From: Obrimoposthia wandeli | Taxonomy: Eukaryota | Reading direction: 5' to 3' | DNA length: 64,000 nucleotides | NCBI GenBank assembly: GCA_977020255.1 | Contig: CDROCS010003603.1 | Location: 1 to 64,000, forward strand | Shown here: in pieces, positions 51,461 to 64,000 of the stretch | Position numbering within the stretch: position 1 is the stretch's first letter | How the letters are laid out: each line of letters opens with the position of its first letter | Made by a program: the position numbers and the translations under genes | Notes under the pieces: model-generated | Database searches by the model: none | Seen by the model: only the letters and a program-made list of their open reading frames with translations | Told to the model about the DNA's origin: nothing

Positions 51461-54400
51461 TACTACTCTCATTATCAAATGAATATCTTTGGACTATCGC
51501 AAAAGACAAATAGTATAACATAGACAAATCAGTTATAGATTCACTTTATTGATCAATACCGAAGAGATTGAAGGCTGTAAAAGGTGCAAAATGATGGGGT
51601 ATAAAATACTTTTTATACATGTATTTATCGATTTTATCAATTGTTGTGTACATATAATACTGTAAACGGCTTGTTTAATAAATTATTCCATATTTGTTAC
51701 AAAGCGAAAAGTTTGAAACAATTACATAGTACAATTATATGAACGATAAATATTTATTTGAGTTGTGCTATCTCATATAATAATTTTAAAATATTATGCA
51801 TTAATATTGATTAAAATCTTTGATTAGATAGAATAAAAATATTAGATAGTATTAGAATAAAAATTGTTAGTTGTAATAAAATATTATAATATTCCATGTT
51901 TTTTGCAAACACTGTATTTTCTAAATAGTTATGTCTGCAGCTGCTTAGATTTTTCAACATTGTTATTGTTTCTTATATTTATCGGTAGATTGTTGTAAAT
52001 TGATTAGGACTATACATTTTAAATATTCCATCAATCTGTTTGAGGATTTTGAGGATTTCACAAATTTGCATTGATCATCGTTGCTCTTAAGATGTATATA
52101 CATGCACACTAATTTAGGTTCGAGAAGATCATATAAATATTTGGGCTTTTGTAGGAGAAATAAAAAATAAGTCTTGAAAAGAAGTAGATTCTTGAATTCA
52201 ATTTTGGCATTGATCGATCAACTAATGAACAAATAAAGCTACTAGAACGAGATTTATGTTAAATAACATGGAAAGAATGAATGGATATTTAATAAAGTTA
52301 GATTGACTCTTGAAGGCAAGAATTGAAGAACTATTTCAACGCAAATTCAAAAATTCTCAATTCTAAGTCGTTATATTTAAACAAAATGCTTTACATTGAA
52401 CAACCGAATATCTCAGAATATCTTAGGCGAAAACAAGATCAGTACAGATTTTTGATTTGAAAAACCATCAAAATATTGACTTCAAAAATTAAATAGTTAC
52501 AATCCAAAAAAATTAAGAAATGTTAAGGTTTACAACAAAAATCTATGAAAACCGAAAATAAATCTTTTCTATTTTTGAGGATCTATAAATAGTTATAATG
52601 GTTAGATTTAGGAGCCATAAGAAATTAATAAATTCTATGTTATTATCAATTATTAATGTGACTAGTTTAAACTACAATAAATTGAGTGCCATCAAATTGT
52701 ACCCGTAAACAGACTGTTGGTAGATTAATTTTTTCCTATATTATTTTACCCGCATAAACCATATTTTAACTTTTATGCTTTTAAACTTTTTATGAAAACG
52801 CTGCTTACTACTTATGCTGGTAAATAGTGTATTCCAAATTATAGGCGTGTATTAGATTGAATTTTATCAACTCAGCAAATATGTCCATATGTTCATTATT
52901 ATTAAAATAACTCATTATTACAAAGCATATCCCAGGATTCTATATTTTAATCTATATAAGCCGCATGTTATAAAGTGAAAAAAGCTATATGTAAAAACTG
53001 TTACTCTTCTTTATATCAGATATAAAATATAATACAAAAAAATGTGAATGTTCTGTTTAGATAGATTTAAATCAGTTTTCAAACAGAAAAGAATAAATGG
53101 AAGGTTTTCTGATGAACTATAAATAATATCACATATGTTTTAATTTGTTAATTGTCGTGGTTCCCAACCATTTTAAGTGTATTCACACCATTTACGTAAC
53201 AAAATTCTCTGTGGAAACCATTTATTAAATACAACAATATTTACCAGTTATCTAAAGGACCCACTAATGCAATCTTTGAGTTTGCTTTTCTTTATTCAGA
53301 TTTTTAGAATCGAAGTGACTGCTAAAGCACATGTGGTAATCTTCCATCAGCAATTCATCTCTGTAAATAGTTTTTTTATAGCTAAGATCTCACTGCTATT
53401 CAAGTTTCCATATCTGGTCTGTCATTTCTGTCATCGGTAGTGACTTGTGTCAGACAAGGAAATGTCACGAACTATAATCTTATAAATCTGCACTGCTAAT
53501 AAATACCTTGAGTAAGTTGGAAATAAAATGTTCGTATCTTTGTCCTTTAGCTTTTTGTCCGGGTTATCGAAAATTTCAAATATATTCACAATATAGACTA
53601 AGTAGACATCAAAATTGTACTGTTAGATTAAAGTTCAAATTAAAATGTAAAAATTTAAACAATTTCCATATAATTTTAGTTAGTGTTAAAAGGAAGCTGT
53701 ATTTTGTTAAGTCATGTACTCATTTAATTTAGCTACGCTACTGAAATATTGCTACTATTTAAAATTACAATTCAAAACTTAGTTGCTTTTAACTTGTAAA
53801 ACAAACAAAGTTATTTGACAAATATGAACTGAATAAACTTTATTTGAATAATTACAAAAAAACTCAGTAGATTCTAGAGTTTATCCAGTTGTAAGTAATA
53901 TATATATATATATAAATTTAAAAAAAAGTTCTGATACATTATTATCATCACAGGTAACAAATTTATCTTTCAAAATCTCAATATCTTCATCTTGTAGCAC
54001 GTCTGTTTCACATATTATGCCGAGTCGTATGGATAATTTAAAATTATAATTAATATCGGATGACAAAAGACAATGTCACCAAAATATTATCTTAATTCAT
54101 TAATCAAAAATCATCAATGTTATTTTAAGTAACTTTCAAATATCTTGTTTCCTTTATTAAAACATTGCCATAGTTACTATGTACCAAAGAACGAAACGAG
54201 AAAATGCATGAAAAAGTAAAGCAAATCACTTAAATAATGACGTCAAATGAATAACCCTTTAAAAACGTAATTGTTAGGTATTAAATAATCAAAGCTTGAT
54301 GTGTTAATTAAATGCAATAAAACGATTATTAGACTTTAAATATATCAACATTAACGTTATTAAATTGAAAGTCCAGGAAATTGCTTTTAAATCCAATTCA

Positions 54401-54693
54401 TGAGAGGTTTTCTTATATATTTAATATATAAATTTTGCTAAGAATACCAAGCATTGTTTGTTTAAGTTTGAAAACTACAATACTTAATAATTTAGGACAT
54501 AATAGAATAATCGGCAAAAACGGAAATATTTTAAACTGTATTATTATTCAATATAAGCTAATCCATTTAAACAGTAAATGAGTCGCACTAATATTTTAAG
54601 ACCTGTACAAACACAAAACAGATTTTAAAATTAACAAGACTGTATAGTAAAATAAACGTACAAATATTCCTAGTGAAACAAATTCAACCTTAC

Positions 54694-54853
54694 CTGATGA
54701 TATTGTTATTCACAATTGCATCATTTTGGTTTAGAAATGGAAATTGCGGATCAACTCCATTGTTGGTAGTTTTTGTATTTGTTATTCGAACTCGAGGAGC
54801 TATACTTTCTACCATAAAATCATCTTCACTATCTGTTTCATTGTCAATCATTG
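54694..54853 (-). CDS. Possible host exon (160 bp), gene unidentified
   Basis: TTTTGTTTCAAG acceptor and CAG|GTAAGG donor flank an open frame (MIDNETDSEDDFMVESIAPRVR...). Confidence 0.35.
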
Positions 54854-57485
54854 CTTGAAACAAAATTAATATTTTACATTTTATTACGTACTTGATAAAT
54901 ACAGATTTTAATTTTATAGATTTATTCATAAATTGATTAACAATAGGATGACTAGTAAAAACTTCACGTAAAAACTTCACATTTTATTAATTTCTCAATA
55001 CGAGAAGGTACAAAGGAGACAAATTATTTTACGGCTACATTTAATTTGACATTTAGATTTTAAATTAAATAATTTTAATTTGTTTTGTATAACCTAACAA
55101 GTTTATTTTTAAACTAATATTCATGTGCTTAATTTAATTATAATATTATTGGAAAAAATTTAACCATTTAATATTATACAAGGAAAATGTAGATATCCAA
55201 ATTTGCCAAAAAAGTGGGTTTATAATTTAGTTTTTTAACAACATTTGATTTTAATACACTGGGTGATGTTGTGACAGCCATTAATATGGTATCTTTGTTT
55301 CTATAAAGATATACTAAAAGGAAATTTGGTAAATACTTTTATTTTATATACGTTATATATAATAATTAATTTAGTTGAAAAACCATATCCAAAGTACTTA
55401 TTTTTTTTTATTTATGAAACAAGTTGATAAAACTGTTATAATTAGTTTTGACTTCACAGCTCATTAGAAATTATCAAATATCATCAGTATAAAATATGAC
55501 TTTTAATTTAATATTCAATTTCTACGATCATTTTAAAACTATATCTAAAAGGTAAAAGTATAATAATAAACAGAATAACTCAAACAGCAACAGATAATGA
55601 CAAGTATTAGCAAACATAAATTTCTAAAATCGAAAAAAGTAATTAATATTTATAAATATTATTTTTATATCGTAAAAGAAATAATTTCAAAAAAATAGCA
55701 TAAAACTTTTAGTTTCTTTCATTTATGAATAAAATAGTAATTTTTATTTAAAATAAAATTTAAATAGAAGAGTGATGGTAAAATTGAAACAAATATCAGA
55801 GTTTTTACGATAATTTTTGATTTTAATTTTTCCAGTGAATCAAAAATAATATTGTAATTAAATAGCCAGCCATAGAAACAAGAGCACTTTCTTATGCAGA
55901 AACAGACTCCAGAAGACAAGTCCTGTTAATAAACTCAAAATTTCTGGGCTAAGTATACTGATCTAAAAACTGTTATTGAAACAGTAATTATGTTAACATC
56001 ATGATGCAAAACGATCAATCGTTCGACTGACGACTATTTCATAAATAGAAACCAGAGGTTAGCAATATTTGATCAAATTTTAATTTTGTCATTTCAATGA
56101 TTTTTACTCTTTTATCATATGAAATTACATATATTTCTTAAAATTATATATTAATATTTACAACAAAAAATTTAAATGTAAAATTTTAAAAGTAATCTAT
56201 AATTACAATGTGGTTTTAAGAAATTAAAAATTCATTTAAAGTTGCTACAATAATGCAACAAAAAATAAGATTACTAAATGATATTAAAATATTTTTTTCT
56301 TTCAAATACAACAAATTGTAAAAGTTGATAAAATAAACAACCAAAAATTACACTGAAATATATACATTGATTACTCAAAATCTACAGATATATTATCGTG
56401 GTTATAAACAAAGCTTGTTTGAATTATTTAGAAAACCCTTAAAATAACTGGGTAAGCCAATAAAGCTTATTAATTTTGATTTAGAAAAAAATCAGACAGA
56501 TAATGCGGGTTAATGTGTACATTCAAACTCTACACTACATATGAAGTAAATGATTTTCAATTAAGGAAAATACAGTTCAGTAATTTTTCTCGATAAAGAA
56601 CTGTAGTTAAAAACTTTCCTTTAATATATCACTAAAAATATTCAGATGAATTAACGGGTTCATTCTTAAAATACATGCTTCTTAAAATAGAGCACTCACC
56701 AGTTCACATAACTGAGTTTAATATTACTTTGTTTTAACAAGAAAGTGTTTGTTAATCATTTACAAGTTTTGTATTGTTAATATTTTGTGTGAATACCTGT
56801 GTTCTTAAATAGACATTGTGATCAAAGCTTATGTGTTGTTAAATTTTTATTTTATTTTTTTAATATAGAAATAATGACTACAAATTATACTAATTGTTTA
56901 CAGTAAACACTTTCAGACAAAATTTTTATTATAAAACTTAAGAACAAAAATTCAAAAAATTTTACCCTTTAAGCATGAAACGAAATTGGCAGGGAATTTG
57001 GAATATCTTACAAAATATCGTTTTTCAGTTAGAAAATATACGTTAGAAATTTTGAAATATTTGGGTGAAAAGGATTAGTAAAGTTTGAAGACTAGAGGCA
57101 TCAATTTATTTTAAAATTTTATCTGTGAATAAAAACCACAGATACAAATAAAACTTCTATCATCAAAATAAGTGAAATAATCAATATTTAACAAAAAGAA
57201 AATATTTATAAGATATCACTTTCACAATTTATAACTATTAAATATTTGTATAAAAACTAGGAAAATTTTAAATCAAAGATCACATTATTTTTTTAATATT
57301 TTGTCATTAAATAATCAAAATTTCAAACAAAAGTGAATTTAAAAAAAATATTTTCTACAATTGTGCAACTAGATTATACTTCTAAATAAGTATAATAAGA
57401 CTAAAGTTAATAATGTTGGGGTTTTTGTAATAAATTGATGTATCTTTAATAAAAACAAAACAGAGAGTAAAGTCCTAATGGATCA

Positions 57486-57537
57486 ACTCCCGACCGGCTT
57501 ATCACCAGTTTCACCTTACCAGGTTCGTCGAGGGAGT
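57486..57537 (-). ncRNA. Degenerate type I hammerhead ribozyme (copy A)
   Basis: Minus strand ACUCCC-UCGACGA-ACC(UGGUAA)GGU-GAAA-CUGG(UGAUAAG)CCGG-UC-GGGAGU. All three stems pair, but the core reads UCGACGA instead of CUGANGA. Confidence 0.65.
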
Positions 57538-58087
57538 GGCGAGTGTTATTTCTGACTTGCAGGTAGTTGAAACCCGCAAAGACGGAGATAACAAGTGAAA
57601 AAATAACATGTTTCGTGAGGGAGAGTCGATCACAGATTGATTAGACCACGGAGGGCCAACTTTATCTGCTATCGAAGCAGATATAATCTTTTCATTGATC
57701 TGTCCTACATCTCAGCCACCATTGCCCTTTTCATCCATCTATGGCATATCAACATATGTCACTGTCAAATAGGAATAACCGCAGTATCTACTCATATCGC
57801 GATGCGTCACTTATCTCTCCCTGATAATATCTTCCGCGATATTTCCTTTCTCCAGTGTTGCTTTCATGTCTCCTCATGCATGTCTCCACTGCCTTGTCTT
57901 TCACTGTGCCAACTCACACATTTGGACAGTAGTCTCCCTGTCAGTTCTCTTTCTCACACATTTTCTCTCATCTACCGTTTGTGTTTAAAAGTAGTGTTGG
58001 GTTTAGAATTTAATAAATTAGTCAATTTAAATTGACATTTAAAAAATTAATCTAAAGTGCCCACAATTAGGGATAAATTCCATTTTA

Positions 58088-58140
58088 GCCTCCGACGGTG
58101 TAAAAACCCCGTTTCGCCCTGCCAGGCTCATCAGGGAGGC
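58088..58140 (-). ncRNA. Type I hammerhead ribozyme (copy B)
   Basis: Minus strand GCCUCC-CUGAUGA-GCC(UGGCAG)GGC-GAAA-CGG(GGUUUUUACA)CCG-UC-GGAGGC: canonical core, GUC cleavage triplet, perfect 6-bp stem I. Confidence 0.92.
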
Positions 58141-58312
58141 GGCAGAAAAAAATGCATAAAAGAGAAAAGATAAGGAAGTACCTTTAGTTGGAAATTACCG
58201 CCCAGTAGCGGCGGTCTATCTTCTCAGCCTTCCTCCATCATCATCCGGAGAAGGCATCAGTTTCATCATCGTCATCATCATCATCAACATCATCATCAAC
58301 ATCATCATCCGG

Positions 58313-58605
58313 NNNNNNNNNNNNNNNNNNNNNNNNNNNNNNNNNNNNNNNNNNNNNNNNNNNNNNNNNNNNNNNNNNNNNNNNNNNNNNNNNNNNNNNN
58401 NNNNNNNNNNNNNNNNNNNNNNNNNNNNNNNNNNNNNNNNNNNNNNNNNNNNNNNNNNNNNNNNNNNNNNNNNNNNNNNNNNNNNNNNNNNNNNNNNNNN
58501 NNNNNNNNNNNNNNNNNNNNNNNNNNNNNNNNNNNNNNNNNNNNNNNNNNNNNNNNNNNNNNNNNNNNNNNNNNNNNNNNNNNNNNNNNNNNNNNNNNNN
58601 NNNNN
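58313..58605. other. Assembly gap (293 N), preceded by a (CAT)n microsatellite
   Basis: Run of N. Confidence 1.
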
Positions 58606-59101
58606 TATTTCCCCTATCAGCGGTAACAACGGCTATGCGCTGTCAGTGCGCCTCATGCATGCCCAAATCATTCAGTGCCAGACACATGAACTACCTCTCG
58701 TTATCTCACGTGCGCACCATCTCAACTACAGCAGTGGCTGTAGTGACAGCAGCATCAATCGATCGTATGATGTTGACCTACCTCCATGTAACTATCTCAC
58801 TGTGGATTTTTATGTTGCCGTTTTACAATCCCTGCCTCACTTCGGCCACTGCCATTACTTTTTGTTTTGCATTTCGGCGAATGTGTATGTGTGCACGCTT
58901 TACACCACAGCCTCTCTCCCTCTGCTACACATTTAAATTTGATTTTGGTCGATGTGATCGAAAATATATAAAGTAAGTGTCTCCTGATCTGGACACTACT
59001 AAAATGATTACTTCAAATATATTCATGCAACAAGTTGAAAACAATACATACGGTCAAATATTAATATAATAATTTTAAAAAATTTAGAATCAATTAACTT
59101 G

Positions 59102-59224
59102 TTATTTCAACCAAATTTGGAATCAACTCTATTATTTCAACCAATTTGGAATCAACTCTATTATTTCAACAAATTGGGAATCAACTCTATTATTTCAACC
59201 AAATTTGGAATCAACTCTATTATA
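59102..59224 (+). repeat. 29-30-bp tandem repeat, 4 copies
   Basis: Unit TTATTTCAACCAAATTTGGAATCAACTCTA with an internal palindrome CCAAATTTGG. Confidence 0.9.
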
Positions 59225-60455
59225 AATATTAACAGTAGCACTTCTGAATGTGATGCCAAACGGGATGTGTGTATATGTTTATATTTATTTTGAAGTTCTG
59301 TGTGCATAATTATTATGATCGGGAATTAACTTCAAACGGAAGACAAAATTAATTTATTTGCATATTTTTATTAATCTTGATTTATATCAAAACAATTATT
59401 ATCAACAATTTTGAAGAATTATAACTTTAATCGAATTTGTTTATCAAAATAAATATTACCTATAATTTCTAAGAACAGTAATGATTAACAATAATAATAT
59501 TTATGCTTTCAAATTATAATAAAATTTTGAAAATAAATGAAAAAGTATAAATATAAATAATCATATTTATACTGAATAATAGTAAAAATTACTTAATGTG
59601 CTTTATTCAAAAATATTATCACCTCTCGCAAATCAAGCTTTTTTAATAATTAATAAGTATGATAATGATTATTTGAATTTAAACTTATTTAATTATTATC
59701 ACAAATTTATTATCATTTTGTTGATTAAAAATATAAATATAACTTTCAATCTGGTGAAAATTTTAAATTTATATTTAGAAGTTAAGAAAATCGAAAAATT
59801 ACTAAACTTTCGATTTTGATATTTTCAATCTGATCCAATAGGCGTCTTCGGTCTCAGAAACGCTGCCTATTTTCGAGTATAAATGACCACAAGAGTTAGC
59901 AATTATGAAGTTTATTTTTTGTTGACCTACATAGAACTAAAAAATATAAAGAATTGAGAGTACTAAATATTAAAATGTCTTCGATATTTAAATAAAAACA
60001 CTTTCACTTATTTGTAATGTTAAAAAAAATGATAAAGAATGTTAAAGAAGTATGAAACAGATCTAATTAAAAATGATAAATAAAAAACTGGAATTATAAG
60101 GTTAATGATGACGTTACGTATCAGTTTCGTGTAATAAATAAATGATAAAACGGATAAACTATAGACAATGACATAACTCGTACATATTGAAAAGAAATTT
60201 GTCAAACTTCAAAGTTTTTTTGTCTCTGCCTACCTAAAATAAAGATGCCCTTAATGAAAAACAAATTAAATATCACCATAAGTTCATCCATCATTCATTA
60301 ATTGCTCTTTGAAGAAAAATGAATACTGTAAAATTTATATAACTTTGATATTAATTTAATGTTTTCTATACCAACTACTTTGCATTGGTAATTTATTGAT
60401 AAACGTAGCTAATTCATTTATAGTAGGAAGTGTTATAAATGATTGGGCTGGATTT

Positions 60456-60706
60456 TCAAATAAAATAGACGTAAGTAGTTTCTGTTATATTTTATTTTGA
60501 CAAAATCCCAATTGAATTGTTATATAATAGATTGATCTTGAGATTCAAATAAAATAGACGTAAGCAGTTTCAAATCAGTAGTTTCTGTTATATTTTATTT
60601 TGACAAAAATCTCAATTGAATTGTTATATAATAGATTGATCTTGAGATTCAAATAAAATAGACGTAAGCAGTTTCAAATCAGTAGTTTCTGTTATATTTT
60701 ATTTTG
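60456..60706 (+). repeat. Local tandem duplication (89/103-bp period, ~2.6 copies)
   Basis: TTCAAATAAAATAGACGTAAG recurs near 60456, 60545 and 60648. Confidence 0.85.
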
Positions 60707-61530
60707 TGTTAAATTAAATCAGCTTATTTTTTTGTGTGAGGTCAATATTGCATTTTGCTATTTAAAGCAATATCACATGCAAACACACACACTAATAAGA
60801 AAATGTTGAGAGAGAATCAATGATTATACTATTGGACCTGAAATCCACTGATACGACACACACAGACACACTGAACCCGCTGATGTAGCAACTGCTGTAG
60901 AGACTATAAACACTCCCATGCAGGGGAATTGACTGCATATGTTGACCAGCCTGAAAGTCACGCACCCGCCACTGTGAATGTTACTGGAAATCAGGCCAAT
61001 GAGATAAGTACAAAAATGCAGTTAGGAGTAAAAACATTGCCATCCCGATACACGATTCCATCACAAGAGCAACATCGAGTTAGATCAAAGAGCCATGCCC
61101 ACACATATGAGAGGGAAAGGGAGACGGATGCAGCAGAAAGAGAGAGAGCATAATGAGAAGTTAGGTGATTGGCACGAGAGTGAGAGAGACTGACCATCAT
61201 CAGTGTGGAAACTGCATGTCGGGGAAACCGTCAAGATAAGGGAGAAGGATCCGGCAGCACGAACAGAGTGAAGTGTGAATGACCACTCATTTGATCTAGC
61301 CAACATCGGGTGGCTGATTGTCGCTATTCTGCTTTCCCGGAGAGAACACCGACTGTCTGGGTGCAGTTGCATAGTTGCACTATCACCTCCCCCTGTTCAA
61401 TCGAGATTGCATCAGAGGAAGATTGCGCTGTTGGTCAGGTTGCGGTTCCTCCATCAAAGTCTGCGGTATCCGCCGCTAGAGAGGAACTGGGCGGAAAATT
61501 CTGCCATAAATCTATTTTTATCTATATGCC

Positions 61531-61582
61531 GCCTTCCTGACGAGCCCGGCAGGGCGAAACGGGCTAATAACCCGTCGGAGGC
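61531..61582 (+). ncRNA. Type I hammerhead ribozyme (copy C)
   Basis: GCCUUC-CUGACGA-GCC(CGGCAG)GGC-GAAA-CGGG(CUAAUAA)CCCG-UC-GGAGGC: canonical core with GUC site at 61574-61576. Confidence 0.92.
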
Positions 61583-64000
61583 TAAATTTGAAAAAACCTC
61601 CCTAATTGTGGGCATTTTAGATTATTTTTAGTAAATGTCAATTTAAATTGACTTTAAAATTAATTAATTTTTATTAATTACCCAACAGAAGCATATTAAC
61701 TTTATTGATTAGTGCAGATCACTGCGAGCGTCGTAGCATTACTAAGTCACGCAAATCAGATTACTGACTACATCTGAAAAACATAAGTTTTTATTTTTAA
61801 ATTTACTTAACGATATTTTTACATTACTTAAAGTTGATAAAGGAACTCAGAACAGAACTGAACATGTTGATGTCTAAAGAGGTACAGTTAAATTAAAATA
61901 AATATGGTTATATTTATAGTCCTTACCAAAAATCTGTAATGGATTTTAAATTAAAATTAAGAAATAATATTATTACAAATGGTAGTTTAATTAAGTCAAT
62001 TAACCTGAGATTATATCTAAAGCATGTATAAAAGAGTTACATGAAACAATTACGAAATAGTTGGTAGTTGTAGGGAAATAAAATTGAGGCAGTGAATTAT
62101 AGTGAATAATTATTCAATTATAATCAGAATTGTAAGGTTGTAGAAAAAACCAGTCGTTTAGCAACGTGTACAATTAGAGGACGAGGTTATGGCACCAAAG
62201 TGATATCAACAACTAAACCGATACATTTCATTTCAACTTTGTTCACTTATCTGAGTTAAATTTTATTAAGAAATATTTACTTTAACATTGTATAAGATTA
62301 TTATCTTCGGTAAAATTAAAGCCTTTTTTCTATTGATTCTACTTAATTTACTAAATCACAAAGTTACCTTTCATGTTCAATTGTTTAAAAACATTAAAAA
62401 AAATACATAAAAAGAAGATATTCAAAATTTAAAATACAAAAATTATTTAAAAACTAAAGTTGAATAAAACATATATATATTTATTAGTTTAACCTTAAAT
62501 AGATTTTTTTTTCGATGACCTTGAGATATTTCGTTTTTTTGACACCAATTAGCAAAGACGTTTATTCAAAATTGTAACATTTTGAAAACATTAAAATAGT
62601 ATTTAACCTATATAACATCCCTAATTGGATAACTTTATAAAGAATATAATTTGAAATAATGTATATCTAAAACAATTTTTTATCATTTATTCAATTCAGA
62701 GTTGATTAGAAAATAATAAAAATATGTTGCATGCCAATAAAATATTTTAAACTTTAAAAACAAATTTAATAGAATTGATAGATAACATATCTCACTTCTG
62801 AACTTGGCCTTATTACATTTTAATAATATTTGTATCAACAATTCTAATTTGTCAAAAATTAAATTGATACCAGAATCTTACAGAAGACGCCGAAAATAAA
62901 ACAATAAGTTTATATATATAATGTCAATATTCCTATTGTTTCTAATGTGTTATATTTTATTTTCATTTTTTAATTGCAAAACTTTAAATAAGCAACATTA
63001 TAGTAATTTAGTCCTAAAATTTGCGTATCTATTATATTATTTTTAACTATTTATTGTTTAAATATTCAAAAAACTTTGTAGTGTGCAAAAAATCACATGA
63101 CCATTTTTGTAATTTGAATGATATTCATTCTAATGTTTTTTGTCCAGAAATTCATTTGTTTTATCAAAACTTAATTTTGAAATATTTTACTTTTAGTACA
63201 GGAATATATTAGATGTAAGTTTATTTTTACGTAAATAAAGTTTATTTTCATTTCAGATTAATTTTCAAAATTGCACGATTCTCGGGTTAATTTAAATAAT
63301 ACAAAATTAATTTGTTAAATAAAATGAACCAAAGCTTATATTTGTATTTATAAAAAAGTACGTTATAGGTCTTTTCAAAAAGTAAGCAACAAATAAACTG
63401 CAAGATTCAAAGAAAATTGTACTTTAACAATACTTTACATAAATTTATTTAAATTTCTTTTGAAAATTAAATATATAACTATTGCCTATGAACTATGCTT
63501 ATATAATAATTTTACAATAAGTTAAAAATAAATTTTTATCAAAATTTGAGTTAATTAATAATAATTTTTAACTAAAATATTCTCATAATGTTTGTATTTT
63601 GTAAACTTTAGAAATTTTAACCTATATTAATTCAACTGTACAAAAATACAAAAGACTAAAACTTTAACATGTAAAAGTTATTCCATTATATCGAATGTTT
63701 AATTTAGATAAAAAATGAATAAACCTAAAAATTCGTGGTGGTCAAATATTATAAGATGGTGATGTTGAAAATTGTATTACAATAGAAATCAACCCCATAT
63801 AACTCAGTAAAACAACATATAAATATAAAAACTGCAACCGATAACCCATTACTCCTTATATGAACGAAATCTTGGATATGATAAAAGTAGAAACACATAA
63901 CAAACACATAATAATTCATATATTTAATACATTTATTTGAATTGGCCAAATTTTTTATATTTCACCATTCATTATTGCAATGAATTCTTCCAGATTTACT

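Larger units (their letters stand above)
57990..61690. repeat. Inverted pair of ~225-bp ribozyme-bearing repeats (57990-58215 and 61465-61690)
   Basis: The two segments are mutually reverse-complementary with moderate divergence. Each has CCGCCCAG, the HHR, TGCCCACAATTAGGGA and the palindrome GTCAATTTAAATTGAC. Confidence 0.88.

Noticed and set aside
57637-61631. ORFs called in the ribozyme repeat units, including the one spanning the N gap
   Set aside because: Low-complexity or chance ORFs in GC-richer non-coding repeats; no RT or GIY-YIG motif was found, so no autonomous Penelope element is claimed.

Overview
AT-rich, repeat-dense eukaryotic (probably metazoan) genomic DNA with no complete host gene that I can support. 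(1) 1-10056: a tandem array (563-bp unit plus a 234-bp sub-unit, 22 intact ATG-bearing copies plus one partial) built from a fragment of an ABCF2-like ATPase gene. (2) 11687-23768: a full-length 12,082-bp Maverick/Polinton (adintovirus-like endogenous virus) with ~0.85-0.94 kb terminal inverted repeats starting AGTAG and a perfect 6-bp target-site duplication (CCTGTT). It carries protein-primed PolB, integrase-chromodomain, packaging ATPase, major and minor capsid, adenain protease and two small GG-motif proteins. It also has two accessory genes: a divergent TATA-binding-protein (TBP) homologue head-to-head with PolB, and a DEDD/Maelstrom-like nuclease. Four core genes each carry a single-base lesion. 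(3) Older Polinton relics lie at 10.6-11.45 kb and 33.2-35.9 kb among decayed transposons (BEL/Pao, MULE, piggyBac, Tigger/pogo, Tc1, LINE, a MITE) and small housekeeping-gene fragments (VCP, TCTP). (4) 57.5-61.7 kb: three type I hammerhead ribozyme motifs (two canonical, one degenerate) in non-coding repeat units in tandem and inverted orientation, resembling retrozymes or Penelope pseudo-LTRs. All protein calls come from motif recognition by eye; no database search was run.
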